32,000 nucleotides of DNA, from the sequence record CM037205.1; one strand, written 5' to 3'. The position numbers were made by a program, and so were the translations under genes. Each line of letters starts with the position of its first letter. The stretch's first letter is position 1. Shown piece by piece: positions 1 to 13,814 of the stretch. The notes beneath the pieces are model-generated. The model was not told the origin of the DNA. It saw only the letters and a program-made list of their open reading frames with translations, and searched no databases.

Positions 1-168
1 CTCAAGGTGGTGGGCCTGCTCTTCCTCTTCGTCTGGGTGCGGGCCGCCTTTCCGCGCTACCGCTATGACCAGCTCATGCGCCTCGGATGGAAGGTCTTCC
101 TGCCTCTCTCCTTGGCCTGGGTCGTGCTGGTGGCCGGGGCCCTGGTGGCCTTCGACGCCCTGCCCTGA
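1..168 (+). CDS. nad1: NADH dehydrogenase subunit 1, 3' end only (5' part is outside the window)
   Basis: Frame-1 translation [55 protein letters not shown] has the conserved ND1 C-terminal [14 protein letters not shown] motif. TGA stop at 166-168. Confidence 0.9.
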   Translation, partial: LKVVGLLFLFVWVRAAFPRYRYDQLMRLGWKVFLPLSLAWVVLVAGALVAFDALP

Positions 169-249
169 AGCCCGCGCCCCCTGCGGGGGGTTATTTGCAG
201 AGGGATACTCTGCGGGGGGCTCCCGCGCGGTGGGATGTCCTGCGGGAGC

Positions 250-702
250 CTACCACCAGCGGTAGTGGCTAAAGGCCCGATTGGCTTCGGCTTGGCGGTG
301 CAGGGCGAGCTTGCGCTGCAGGGCGTGTCCGCGGTGGTGATAGGCTTCCACCAACTCCAAGGCCAAGCAGTGGGCGAAGGAGCGCGAGGTGCCCTTGCGG
401 CGCTGGCGAGCCCCATCGCGAAGCCAACGCAACGCCAACCCCATCTGACGGGAAGGGGCGAGAGGCGCGGGGACCAGGTGGGTGGTTCCTCCGACGCGCA
501 CGCGGCGTACCTCCAGGGTGGGCTGCAGGGTCTGAAAGGCGCGGTGCAGGGCCGCGCGCGTGTCTTGTGGGGAAGCCAAGTGCAATTGACGTTGGAAGTG
601 CTGCAGGGCCTCGCGCACCCAGCGCTGCGCCTTGCTGCGCTGCCCGTGGCGCGTGAGGTGTTGCACCCAGCGCAGCAGCAGGGCATCCAGAGAGGTGTCC
701 AT
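250..702 (-). CDS. rps7: ribosomal protein S7
   Basis: 150-aa ORF with S7 hallmarks (EVRRVRVGGTTHLVP, LALRWL, HRQAEANRAFSHYRW). ATG at 702, TAG at 250-252. AAAAGGAAG motif upstream. Confidence 0.9.
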   Translation of the reverse strand: MDTSLDALLLRWVQHLTRHGQRSKAQRWVREALQHFQRQLHLASPQDTRAALHRAFQTLQPTLEVRRVRVGGTTHLVPAPLAPSRQMGLALRWLRDGARQRRKGTSRSFAHCLALELVEAYHHRGHALQRKLALHRQAEANRAFSHYRWW

Positions 703-703
703 C

Positions 704-1081
704 CTACAGCTTCCTTTTGGTTCCGTACTTCGAGCGCCCTTGACGGCGTGCTTTCAGGCCCGCCAAATCGTAGACTCCGCGTACCAAGTGATATTTTACC
801 CCCGGCAGGTCCTTCACGCGTCCCCCGCGAACCAGCACCACTGCGTGTTCTTGCAGACTGTGCCCTTCTCCGGGGATGTACGCGATGATTTCCTGTCGGT
901 TCGTGAGTTGGACCTTGGCGACTTTGCGCAGGGCGGAGTTGGGTTTCTTGGGCGTTTTGGTGTAGACCTTGAGGCACACGCCTTTGCGCTGAGGCGCCCC
1001 TTGCAGGGCGGGCGCTTTGGAGGGGGAAGGCGCCGTGTGGCGGTGCGCACGTCCCCGTACGAGTTGTTGCAGGGTGGGCAC
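704..1081 (-). CDS. rps12: ribosomal protein S12 (GTG start inferred; the track ORF runs upstream to 1276)
   Basis: Conserved S12 sequence (V)PTLQQLVRG...[17 protein letters not shown]...[31 protein letters not shown]. There is no in-frame ATG near the conserved N-terminus. GTG at 1081-1079 directly precedes PTLQQL and follows AAAAAGGAAAAAACACC. This gives 125 aa, a typical S12 length. Confidence 0.88.
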   Translation of the reverse strand: MPTLQQLVRGRAHRHTAPSPSKAPALQGAPQRKGVCLKVYTKTPKKPNSALRKVAKVQLTNRQEIIAYIPGEGHSLQEHAVVLVRGGRVKDLPGVKYHLVRGVYDLAGLKARRQGRSKYGTKRKL

Positions 1082-1107
1082 GGTGTTTTTTCCTTTTTGC
1101 TTCGCGT

Positions 1108-1149
1108 GAAGCCCTGAGACCGAAGCCCTGTGACCGAAGCCCTGTGACC
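1108..1149. repeat. tandem repeat, 14-nt unit GAAGCCCTG(A/T)GACC x3
   Basis: Read directly in the spacer between the cob stop and the rps12 start. Confidence 0.85.
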
Positions 1150-1333
1150 GAAAACCACTTCGGAAACCAGAAACGAGCCCAATCTTGGCACGACAGACGC
1201 CAATGGACCAAAATACCCCAAGCCCTAGCCCCACCCCACAGCGCCACCGCCAAGCCGAATGGACCCTCCGAGGCAAAGGCCAAACCCTTGCAGGACAGCC
1301 GCCAAACCCTTACAGGGCAACCGTCAAAGCGAA

Positions 1334-1391
1334 TTTCCCCTGCGGGTCAACAGCCAAGGCTAGTTTCCCCTGCGGGTCAACAGCCAAGGCT
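1334..1391. repeat. tandem repeat, 30-nt unit TTTCCCCTGCGGGTCAACAGCCAAGGCTAG x1.9, overlapping the cob 3' end
   Basis: Unit 1 is 1334-1363 and unit 2 is 1364-1391. The cob stop codon (1360-1362) and its last ~9 codons lie inside the repeat. Confidence 0.85.
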
Positions 1392-2517
1392 CCAATCGCG
1401 CCAACCCCGGAATCAACACCAGAAAGTAGAAGAAAAAGTACACCGAAGCCCACTGCCCAATGCCCAAATAAGGATCCTCCACGGGTTGCATCCCGATCCA
1501 CCCCAAGAGCCAAGCATCGGCCACCAAGGTCCAGAAGCAAGCTCGATAGAGTGGACGAAAGGCCGCGCTTCGCAGCGGCGTGCGACCCAACCAGGGCAAG
1601 GCCGCCAAACAGGCGAAGACGGCGGCGATGGCCGCAACCCCCGCCAATTTGTTGGGGATGCTGCGCAGGATGGCGTACACGGGCAGGAAGTACCACTCCG
1701 GCACGATGTGGGCCGGGGTGGACATGGGATTGGCCGGGATGTAGTTGTCGGGGTGTCCCAAAGCGTTGGGGGCGAAGAAGAGCACCGCGGACAGGAGCAG
1801 GGCGAAACTCACCCACCCCACCAGATCCTTGGCGTAGAAGTAGGGGTAGAAATCCACCTTGTCCACCTGGGCGTGCACGCCCAAGGGATTGTTGGAGCCG
1901 TGTTGGTGCAGGGCGGCCAAATGCAGGCCACTGGCCGCGGCCAACAGGAAGGGCAGCAGATAGTGCAGACTGAAGAAGCGGTTCAGGGTCGCGTTTTCCA
2001 CGGCGAACCCGCCCCACAGCCACTGCACCAAGCTCTCGCCCGCCCAGGGCACGGCACTGGCCAAGCTGGTGATCACCGTGGCGCCCCAGAAGCTCATTTG
2101 TCCCCAGGGCAGCACGTAGCCGATGAAGGCGGTGACGATCATGAGCAGCAGCAGCACCACCCCCAACAGCCACAGCGCTTCGCGGGGGGAGGCGTAGGAG
2201 CCGTAGTACAGGCCGCGGAACAGGTGCAGGTACACCACGATAAAGAAGAAGCTCGCGCCGTTGGCGTGGAGGTAGCGCAGCAACCAGCCGCCTTCCACGT
2301 CGCGCATGAGGTGCTCCACGCTCTGAAAGGCCAGGTCCACGTGCGGGGTGTAGTGCATGGCCAGGAAGATGCCCGTGGCCATCTGCAGCACCAAGCACAA
2401 CCCCGCCAGGGAGCCGAAGCCCCACCAGTAGGAAAGGTTGGCGGGCGTGGGGTACTGAATGAGGTGGTCCCCCACCAGGGACAGCAGCGGTTGTTGCGTC
2501 AGCGAGGCGCGTTTCAC
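1360..2517 (-). CDS. cob: apocytochrome b, copy A (start uncertain: GTG at 2517 preferred, the track ORF begins at a TTG at 2655)
   Basis: Full-length cytochrome b similarity ([51 protein letters not shown]). The 46 codons upstream of 2517 translate tandem-repeat DNA (LRLRLRL..GFGFGF). GTG at 2517 gives (M)[22 protein letters not shown], a normal cob N-terminus. Confidence 0.93.
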   Translation of the reverse strand: MKRASLTQQPLLSLVGDHLIQYPTPANLSYWWGFGSLAGLCLVLQMATGIFLAMHYTPHVDLAFQSVEHLMRDVEGGWLLRYLHANGASFFFIVVYLHLFRGLYYGSYASPREALWLLGVVLLLLMIVTAFIGYVLPWGQMSFWGATVITSLASAVPWAGESLVQWLWGGFAVENATLNRFFSLHYLLPFLLAAASGLHLAALHQHGSNNPLGVHAQVDKVDFYPYFYAKDLVGWVSFALLLSAVLFFAPNALGHPDNYIPANPMSTPAHIVPEWYFLPVYAILRSIPNKLAGVAAIAAVFACLAALPWLGRTPLRSAAFRPLYRACFWTLVADAWLLGWIGMQPVEDPYLGIGQWASVYFFFYFLVLIPGLARLEPWLLTRRGN

Positions 2518-3546
2518 GGCGAGACCGCTCTTTTTTGGGTCGGAAGACCTCGGCTCCCCCGAAGGCGTGCTCGAGGCGAAGCCGAAGCCGAAGCCGAAGG
2601 CGTGCTCGAGGCGAAGCCGAAGCCGAAGCCGAAGTCCCCCGCGAGGCGCCCCCAAGCCCCAGCCTCGCCCCCAGGAAGGACGAGCTTTAGCCTCGCCCCC
2701 AGGATGGGGGCGACTTCGATTCGCCCTAAGGAAACGAAAAAACGCCGGAGAGGGCCAAGAAAGCGCCGAGAAGGCAGGGAAACCGATCTTCCGGTAGGCG
2801 CGTATCCCTTCCCCCTCAAAGGCCCGTCTACGGGCCCTGTGCGTGGGCTACGGCAATTCGAGCCCACAGGGCGAAGGCCCACTCAAGCCTGCAAGGCGCA
2901 GGCTAGTGTCGAGCTCTTTGAGCGAAGGCTCCTGTCGAGCTCTTTGAGCGAAGGCTCCTGTCGAGCTCTTTGAGCGAAGGCGAAGTCAAGCCTTCCGGTG
3001 CAGCCCTCTCGCCAAGGAGTCTCCCGAGGGAAAGCCCCTCGACAAAAAAGTTTCCTTTAGTGGGGGGCAGGGAATGCGGAGGAAGGAAGAGAGAGTGCGA
3101 GGGACGCCCGGGAGGGGGGCCCTTGCACTCTCTCCCCCTTCCCTCCTTGCTCCTTCCCCCGCGCCCTGCACGCCCCCTCCCGTTCAACTTGAGGAAGGAT
3201 ACCTTACGCGGTGGTGGTTGGGGTGGGGCAGCTTCCCTTGCTGCAGGGGGAAGGGAGTGAAGCTGCTTTCCCCGACCCAGGGGGAAGGGGGGAAGGCAGG
3301 ATGGGGGCGACTTCGATTCGCCCTATGGGGGCGACTTCGATTCGCCCGAGGCTTCTCTTCTGGGCGAAGGCCCTCGTCGAGCCTGTAAGGCGAAGGCCCT
3401 CGTCGAGCCTGTAAGGCGAAGGCCCACTCAAGCCTGCAAGGCGCAGGCTCTTGTCGAGCTCTCTGAGCGAAGGCCCACGCAAGCCTGCAAGGCGCAGGCC
3501 CTTGTCGAGCCTGTAAGGCGAAGGCCCTTGTCGAGCTCTTTGGGGT
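2518..3546. repeat. about 1 kb of non-coding repeat-rich spacer between cob and rnl (copy A)
   Basis: It contains a 35-nt unit with (CTTCGG)n x2.2 at 2559-2634 and a 26-nt x2.8 repeat at 2907-2980. It also has a 99-nt imperfect hairpin at 3062-3160 and a palindromic 24-nt x2 repeat at 3301-3347, with a third dispersed copy at 2704-2726. A 26-nt x2 repeat lies at 3363-3416. All are mirrors of the copy B coordinates listed separately. Confidence 0.85.
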
Positions 3547-6297
<2,751 letters not shown>

Positions 6298-6342
6298 GGT
6301 GCGCGTCCTCGTGTGGGGGAGGCCTAGGCATTCTCCCAAGGC

Positions 6343-6416
6343 GGACGGAAGCGGGACTCGAACCCACGACCTGCGGAGTATGATTCCGCGGTTCTACCCG
6401 GCTGAACTATTCCGTC
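6343..6416 (-). tRNA. tRNA with anticodon CAU (elongator Met, or Ile via a modified C34), copy A
   Basis: Cloverleaf GACGGAA TA GTTC AGCCGGGTA GAAC C GCGGA ATCATAC TCCGC AGGTC GTGGG TTCGAGT CCCGC TTCCGTC C. It lies in the rns-rnl spacer. Confidence 0.85.
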
Positions 6417-6685
6417 GGCGAGCGCGCCGCGTCTCCCACCACCGGCAGTACCTACGGCGACCCGGGGGGGCACCCATCGAGATCGGAGGGGTTCGGGTGG
6501 GCACCCGGGACCCGCGCTCGCTATTTAGGGCGAGCAAAGCCGGGGCAACCCCCGCGCCTTTCCGCGCGCCAAGCCGGGGGAGTGCGGCGCGCCAAGTGGC
6601 TGCTTCGGGGCGTGCAGCCGGGGCAGCGGCTTCCCCGGGGCGCCCCGCAGAATTATCCTTCTCCATTCATCGGCACGAGGCCGTG

Positions 6686-8162
<1,477 letters not shown>

Positions 8163-8263
8163 CTATGGGTCCCCGGGCCCATTTGGACCCGGAGCGAAGC
8201 CCTTCCGAAAGGGGAAGGGCTCGAACAGCCCCGCCGGACGTGCGCGCCGGCGGCGACTGGAGG

Positions 8264-8359
8264 AAAGCGCAATGAACGATCTCGTCCTCGCGCAAAAGCG
8301 CAATGAACGATCTCGTCCTCGCGCAAAAGCGCAATGAACGATCTCGTCCTCGCGCAAAG
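8264..8359. repeat. tandem repeat, 31-nt unit AAAGCGCAATGAACGATCTCGTCCTCGCGCA x3.1
   Basis: Units at 8264-8294, 8295-8325 and 8326-8356, plus a partial unit. It lies between the cob-distal IR boundary (8175) and the cox1 stop (8380). Confidence 0.9.
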
Positions 8360-8379
8360 GCACTCTGAGCACCTTCGCC

Positions 8380-10507
<2,128 letters not shown>

Positions 10508-10512
10508 TCTCC

Positions 10513-10962
10513 TTACTCGGTCTCCAAGACCTCCACCAGGCGCGCCGTCCAGGCCTCCCCCGCGGTGGGGGCGACCTCCAGGGCGCACCAGGGGTGCAAG
10601 CGCTGGCGCCAGTGGCGTGCGAGACGCGCCTCCAGGTGCCAGGCTAGATAGGCCGCTTGGGCCGGGGCCAAGGCCCCGACCTGAAGGGAGCGCCAAGCGC
10701 CCTCCTCCCAGGTGCGGCTGTCCTGTGCGCAGCGTGCGAGAAGCTGCGCACAGCGCCCAACTTCCCGCGCGGCGGGCGCGCCCGCGGGGGCGGGGAAGCG
10801 GGCCACTTGGGCCTCTCCCGCCTCGCGGCGCAGGGCGCGGTATTTGAGCGCGCGGCTCAATGCGGGCAGTACGCCCTTCACGAGACTCACGTAGAGCGCG
10901 CCGAAGCTCGCTAGAAACCACACCCACTGGGGGTAGAAGCCCACCACGTCCAACTGAGGCAC
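10513..10962 (-). CDS. atp8: ATP synthase F0 subunit 8 (GTG start)
   Basis: N-terminus (M)PQLDVVGFYPQWVWFL is the atp8/ymf19 MPQLD...Q..W signature. The start codon at 10962-10960 is GTG, preceded by AAAGGAGGGAACCCTC. Confidence 0.8.
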   Translation of the reverse strand: MPQLDVVGFYPQWVWFLASFGALYVSLVKGVLPALSRALKYRALRREAGEAQVARFPAPAGAPAAREVGRCAQLLARCAQDSRTWEEGAWRSLQVGALAPAQAAYLAWHLEARLARHWRQRLHPWCALEVAPTAGEAWTARLVEVLETE

Positions 10963-11066
10963 GAGGGTTCCCTCCTTTTACGTCGAAGCTTTCGCCTCGA
11001 CAGCGACGATTCCCCCCCTGGACACCGCAGAATCCCCCGTACAATAGGGGAAGGCCTTCGCGGGGT

Positions 11067-11369
11067 TCAGCCCTTCAAAAGGTGGATGAACTCCACGGCC
11101 AAGGTGCCGCGCACGCGGAAGTACACCACCAGAAGCGCCAACCCGATGGCCGACTCCGCCGCCGCCACCGTCAGCACCAGCAGCGCGAACACCTGCCCTA
11201 CCTGGTCGTCCAAGTAGGCAGAGAAGAACAGCAGGTTCAGGTTGACGGCCAGGAGCAGCAGTTCGATGGACATCAGCATCACCAGGAGGTTGCGTCGATT
11301 CAGAAAGATGCCCCACAGGCCCAACAGAAAGAGGCCTAGGGAGAGCACCAGGCAGTGTACCAGGTCCAC
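11067..11369 (-). CDS. nad4L: NADH dehydrogenase subunit 4L (GTG start)
   Basis: 100 aa with [29 protein letters not shown] and [18 protein letters not shown] at 11369, TGA at 11067. Confidence 0.93.
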   Translation of the reverse strand: MDLVHCLVLSLGLFLLGLWGIFLNRRNLLVMLMSIELLLLAVNLNLLFFSAYLDDQVGQVFALLVLTVAAAESAIGLALLVVYFRVRGTLAVEFIHLLKG

Positions 11370-11387
11370 GGCGGGATTCCCTTCTTT

Positions 11388-11461
11388 TCAAGGTGGCAGG
11401 ATTCGAACCTGCGGCCCCCTGTTCCCAAAACAGGTGCGCTGACCGACTGCGCTACACCCTG
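11388..11461 (-). tRNA. trnP: tRNA-Pro (UGG)
   Basis: CAGGGTG TA GCGC AGTCGGTCA GCGC A CCTGT TTTGGGA ACAGG GGGCC GCAGG TTCGAAT CCTGC CACCTTG A. Confidence 0.88.
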
Positions 11462-11474
11462 GTGCCAGGTGCAA

Positions 11475-11548
11475 TGCACCCTACAGGGTTCGAACCTGTG
11501 ACCCCCAGCTTAGAAGACCGGCGCTCTCTCCCACTGAGCTAAGGGTGC
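11475..11548 (-). tRNA. trnR: tRNA-Arg (UCU)
   Basis: GCACCCT TA GCTC AGTGGGAGA GAGC G CCGGT CTTCTAA GCTGG GGGTC ACAGG TTCGAAC CCTGT AGGGTGC A. Confidence 0.88.
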
Positions 11549-11805
11549 TGGAGACCGTCGGCGCGCAGAAGGCGCGTAAGCCGGGTTCCGTCCCGCCCCC
11601 CTTCGGGGGCGTGGGCGCGCATTCCTCTGGGGTCGCACCGAGCGACCTGGTTCCGCGCCCGCGGGGGGTTTGGCCCACCTGCCCGCGCGTCACCGCGCGG
11701 GGGGACTTGCATCGCCGCCCCCGAAGGGGCGGCCCTGGTCCACTTTCCCGAAGCTCGCGCTCGAGGGGCATTGCCCCTCCCGCACCTGGGCGCGGCCCGG
11801 ACTTT

Positions 11806-11880
11806 CCTCACGAAGGGCGGTTCCGATGGAGCCGCTTCGTGAAGCCCCTCACGAAGGGCGGTTCCCATGGAGCCGCTTCG
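11806..11880. repeat. tandem repeat, about 41-nt unit x1.8 (CCTCACGAAGGGCGGTTCC(G/C)ATGGAGCCGCTTCG...)
   Basis: Read directly. Each unit contains the inverted pair CACGAAG...CTTCGTG. It lies in the 380-nt non-coding region between trnR and trnG. Confidence 0.8.
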
Positions 11881-11930
11881 CGCGCGCGCCGCGCCTTCTG
11901 CGTGCTTGTGCTGCCCTCCCCCCACGCACC

Positions 11931-12002
11931 GCGGGCATGGATGAAGGGTGAAATTATCTGCCTTCCAAGCAGAGGATATGGGTTCGAATCCCATTGCCCG
12001 CA
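11931..12002 (+). tRNA. trnG: tRNA-Gly (UCC)
   Basis: The acceptor pair is GCGGGCA/TGCCCGC with discriminator A. The anticodon arm is TCTGC CTTCCAA GCAGA and the T arm is ATGGG TTCGAAT CCCAT. The D stem is weak at 3 bp. Confidence 0.82.
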
Positions 12003-12007
12003 GCCCC

Positions 12008-12087
12008 GCTCACTTGGTGGAATCGGTAGACACGGTAGACTCAAACTCTGCTCCTTCAGGGTCTCGGTTCGAGTCCGAGAGTGAGCA
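12008..12087 (+). tRNA. trnL: tRNA-Leu (CAA), class II with a long variable arm
   Basis: The acceptor pair is GCTCACT/AGTGAGC with discriminator A. The anticodon arm is GTAGA CTCAAAC TCTGC. The variable arm is TCCTTCAGGGT and the T arm is CTCGG TTCGAGT CCGAG. Confidence 0.87.
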
Positions 12088-12140
12088 TCGCCACCGCCCG
12101 GGAGGTGTACCCTCCCGCCTCCGACAAGGACAGGCCGCCC

Positions 12141-12722
12141 ATGCGCTACACGCCTCGCGTCAAAGCCGGTCGCCGCCTCGGCGGTACCCTCTTTCCCACC
12201 CAACATCCGCTGCGCGCAGCCCCCCCGCGACCTCGCGGAGGACCCGCTGCCCCCAACAGCTACCGCGCCCGCGTGGAGGCACGACGCACCTTGAAAGCGC
12301 TCTACGGGGCGCTCCCTACGGGCCCGCTACAGCGCGCGTTGCGCCGCTCGGGGGGCGATCCTTTGGCGCTACTGCGACGTCTGGAGTGCCGCTTGGACGT
12401 GCTGCTGTACCGCAGCAACTGGGCATTGACCTTGCGCGAAGCGCGCCACACCGTGGTGCGCGGGGGGGTCCAGGTCAACGGATCCACCCAGTCCCTCCCC
12501 GGGCAAGCCCTGCGCCCCGGGGACCTGTTTCAAATCGATCCGCGCTGGGCGCCCCGCGTGGCCGAGCGACTGCGCACCAACCTGCGCGACCGGCGCTTTC
12601 TGCAGCATCGTCCGCCGCACCTGGAGGTGCGCGACGCCACGCTGCAGGCCTTCCTGCTGTTCCCGCCCCAGGAGATGCGCCAGCCTCTGCCCCTCCCTCT
12701 GCACGCCCTCAAGGTCCGTTAG
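12141..12722 (+). CDS. rps4: ribosomal protein S4
   Basis: 193 aa from the ATG at 12141 (MRYTPRVKAG...). The S4 domain reads LLRRLECRLDVLLYRSNWALTLREARHTVVRGGVQVNGSTQSLPGQALRPGDLFQI. The track's earlier start at 12081 overlaps trnL(CAA). TAG at 12720-12722. Confidence 0.82.
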   Translation: MRYTPRVKAGRRLGGTLFPTQHPLRAAPPRPRGGPAAPNSYRARVEARRTLKALYGALPTGPLQRALRRSGGDPLALLRRLECRLDVLLYRSNWALTLREARHTVVRGGVQVNGSTQSLPGQALRPGDLFQIDPRWAPRVAERLRTNLRDRRFLQHRPPHLEVRDATLQAFLLFPPQEMRQPLPLPLHALKVR

Positions 12723-13426
12723 CGGGATCCTGCGCCGCGCGGATCGATCCGTGCGGTGCGCCGACGCGCCACCCGGGAGAGCCACAGCCCGCCCTCCAAC
12801 CACGCGCCCCCGCCCAGGGTGGCGAGGGCTTGCAGGCCCGCTTCGGGCGGGCAGAACAGGGCACTGCCCAGCGCCACACCGAGCCACAATCGACCCCGCG
12901 GGGGGACCGAATGCCCATGCAGGTACCGCACCCCGAGGGGCAGGGCGAGGCAGAGCGCCAAGCCCGCGAGCTGGGTGCGGCCCCCCGCCTCTCGGAGGGA
13001 AGCGAGGCGGGGTTGAAACTGCACCCCTTCGCCCTGGAAGTGATGCGCGAGCTCCCCCAACAGGGGCCACAGCAGGCCGCCCACCAGGGGAAAACTCGCC
13101 CCCCAGGCGAGCCCCAGCGACCGCCCCCAGGCGGCCGCGCGGTGCGCTTCACGCCGGTACAAGCTGGGCCGCAGGAAGCACAGCGCCGCGTAGAGCAGCA
13201 CGGGCAGGTGCAGCAGCAGGGCCAAGTGCAGGGCGAGGCCCAGGTGGGTACGTAGGGCCTCCGTGGGGTGAAGGAAGAGGACGGTGGGCACGTCCAGGGG
13301 CAGGGTCCCGAGGTAGAGGGCCAACAGCGCTTCGCCCTGGCAGTAGGCCACGCTCGCGGAGAGGGCGAGGCCGCCCAGGGCGCAGCTCAGGCGTCCCCGT
13401 GCCTCCCCCCAAACCCGGCGCCAAGG
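12719..13426 (-). CDS. tatC: Sec-independent translocase component TatC (mttB / ymf16); start codon unresolved
   Basis: LHLPVLLYAALCFLRPSLYRREA matches the TatC P...YQ.W.F..PGLY..E motif, and the hydrophobic-segment pattern and ~235-aa length fit. The only in-frame ATG (13507) lies inside trnS(UGA) at 13429-13513. TAA stop at 12719-12721. Confidence 0.7.
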   Translation of the reverse strand, partial: PWRRVWGEARGRLSCALGGLALSASVAYCQGEALLALYLGTLPLDVPTVLFLHPTEALRTHLGLALHLALLLHLPVLLYAALCFLRPSLYRREAHRAAAWGRSLGLAWGASFPLVGGLLWPLLGELAHHFQGEGVQFQPRLASLREAGGRTQLAGLALCLALPLGVRYLHGHSVPPRGRLWLGVALGSALFCPPEAGLQALATLGGGAWLEGGLWLSRVARRRTARIDPRGAGSR

Positions 13427-13428
13427 CT

Positions 13429-13513
13429 CGGATGGAGAGGGATTCGAACCCCCGGTATTTTGCAATACGTCAGTTTTCAAGACTGATACCTTCGACCGCT
13501 CAGACATCCATCC
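13429..13513 (-). tRNA. trnS: tRNA-Ser (UGA), class II
   Basis: The acceptor pair is GGATGGA/TCCATCC with discriminator G. The anticodon arm is TCAGT CTTGAAA ACTGA. The long variable arm is CGTATTGCAAAATACC and the T arm is GGGGG TTCGAAT CCCTC. Confidence 0.87.
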
Positions 13514-13516
13514 CGA

Positions 13517-13589
13517 TGGCGGGAGTAGGACTCGAACCTACATGCTTCAGATCATGAGCCTGACGAGTTACCCATTACTCGATCCCGCG
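13517..13589 (-). tRNA. trnfM: initiator tRNA-fMet (CAU)
   Basis: CGCGGGA TC GAGT AATGGGTA ACTC G TCAGG CTCATGA TCTGA AGCAT GTAGG TTCGAGT CCTAC TCCCGCC A. The 1:72 pair is unpaired (C/C). As I recall it, the anticodon arm TCAGGCTCATGA.CTGA resembles plant mitochondrial initiator tRNA. Confidence 0.85.
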
Positions 13590-13610
13590 CCGGTGCCTGA
13601 GCTGGGCGAT

Positions 13611-13682
13611 TGGGTACGGCAGGGGTCGAACCTGCGACCCCCGGGTTAAAAGCCCGACGCTCTGCCCCTGAGCTACGTACCC
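13611..13682 (-). tRNA. trnK: tRNA-Lys (UUU)
   Basis: GGGTACG TA GCTC AGGGGCA GAGC G TCGGG CTTTTAA CCCGG GGGTC GCAGG TTCGACC CCTGC CGTACCC A. Confidence 0.88.
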
Positions 13683-13690
13683 CGATGCAC

Positions 13691-13771
13691 TGCGGATAGA
13701 GGGACTCGAACCCCCACGAATCGCTTCATCAGAACCTAAACCTGACATGTCTGCCATTTCATCATATCCGC
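13691..13771 (-). tRNA. trnL: tRNA-Leu (UAG), class II
   Basis: The acceptor pair is GCGGATA/TATCCGC with discriminator A. The anticodon arm is TCAGG TTTAGGT TCTGA. It has a long variable arm, and the T arm is GGGGG TTCGAGT CCCTC. Confidence 0.85.
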
Positions 13772-13814
13772 GAGGCGGGGAGGGGAGGTCCGCCTTGGGC
13801 GGACCCCGGCTTCC

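Noticed and set aside
63-1283. 406-aa ORF on the minus strand spanning nad1, rps7 and rps12
   Set aside because: It is out of frame with the conserved rps7 and rps12 reading frames and overlaps the nad1 3' end. The translation is Arg/Pro/Ala-rich low complexity.
2518-2655. TTG-initiated N-terminal extension of cob ([26 protein letters not shown]...)
   Set aside because: The codon at 2655 (31042 in copy B) is TTG, and the extension merely translates the (CTTCGG)n tandem array. The GTG at 2517 restores a normal cob N-terminus.
1144-2973. 609-aa ORF on the plus strand (mirror 30724..31989 on the minus strand)
   Set aside because: It lies antisense to cob and runs on through repeat DNA. The translation is Gly/Arg/Pro/Gln/His-rich with no family resemblance. 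In DNA this GC-rich, stop codons are rare in all frames, so long antisense ORFs are expected.
12081-12140. Earlier rps4 start at 12081 suggested by the ORF track
   Set aside because: It lies inside trnL(CAA) (12008..12087), and the added 20 residues have no S4 similarity. The ATG at 12141 gives MRYTPRVK, close to the usual S4 N-terminus.
11948-13255. 435-aa ORF on the plus strand
   Set aside because: It starts inside trnG, crosses trnL(CAA) and runs out of frame through rps4 and antisense to tatC. It has no recognisable domain. The rps4 frame (12141..12722) explains the region.
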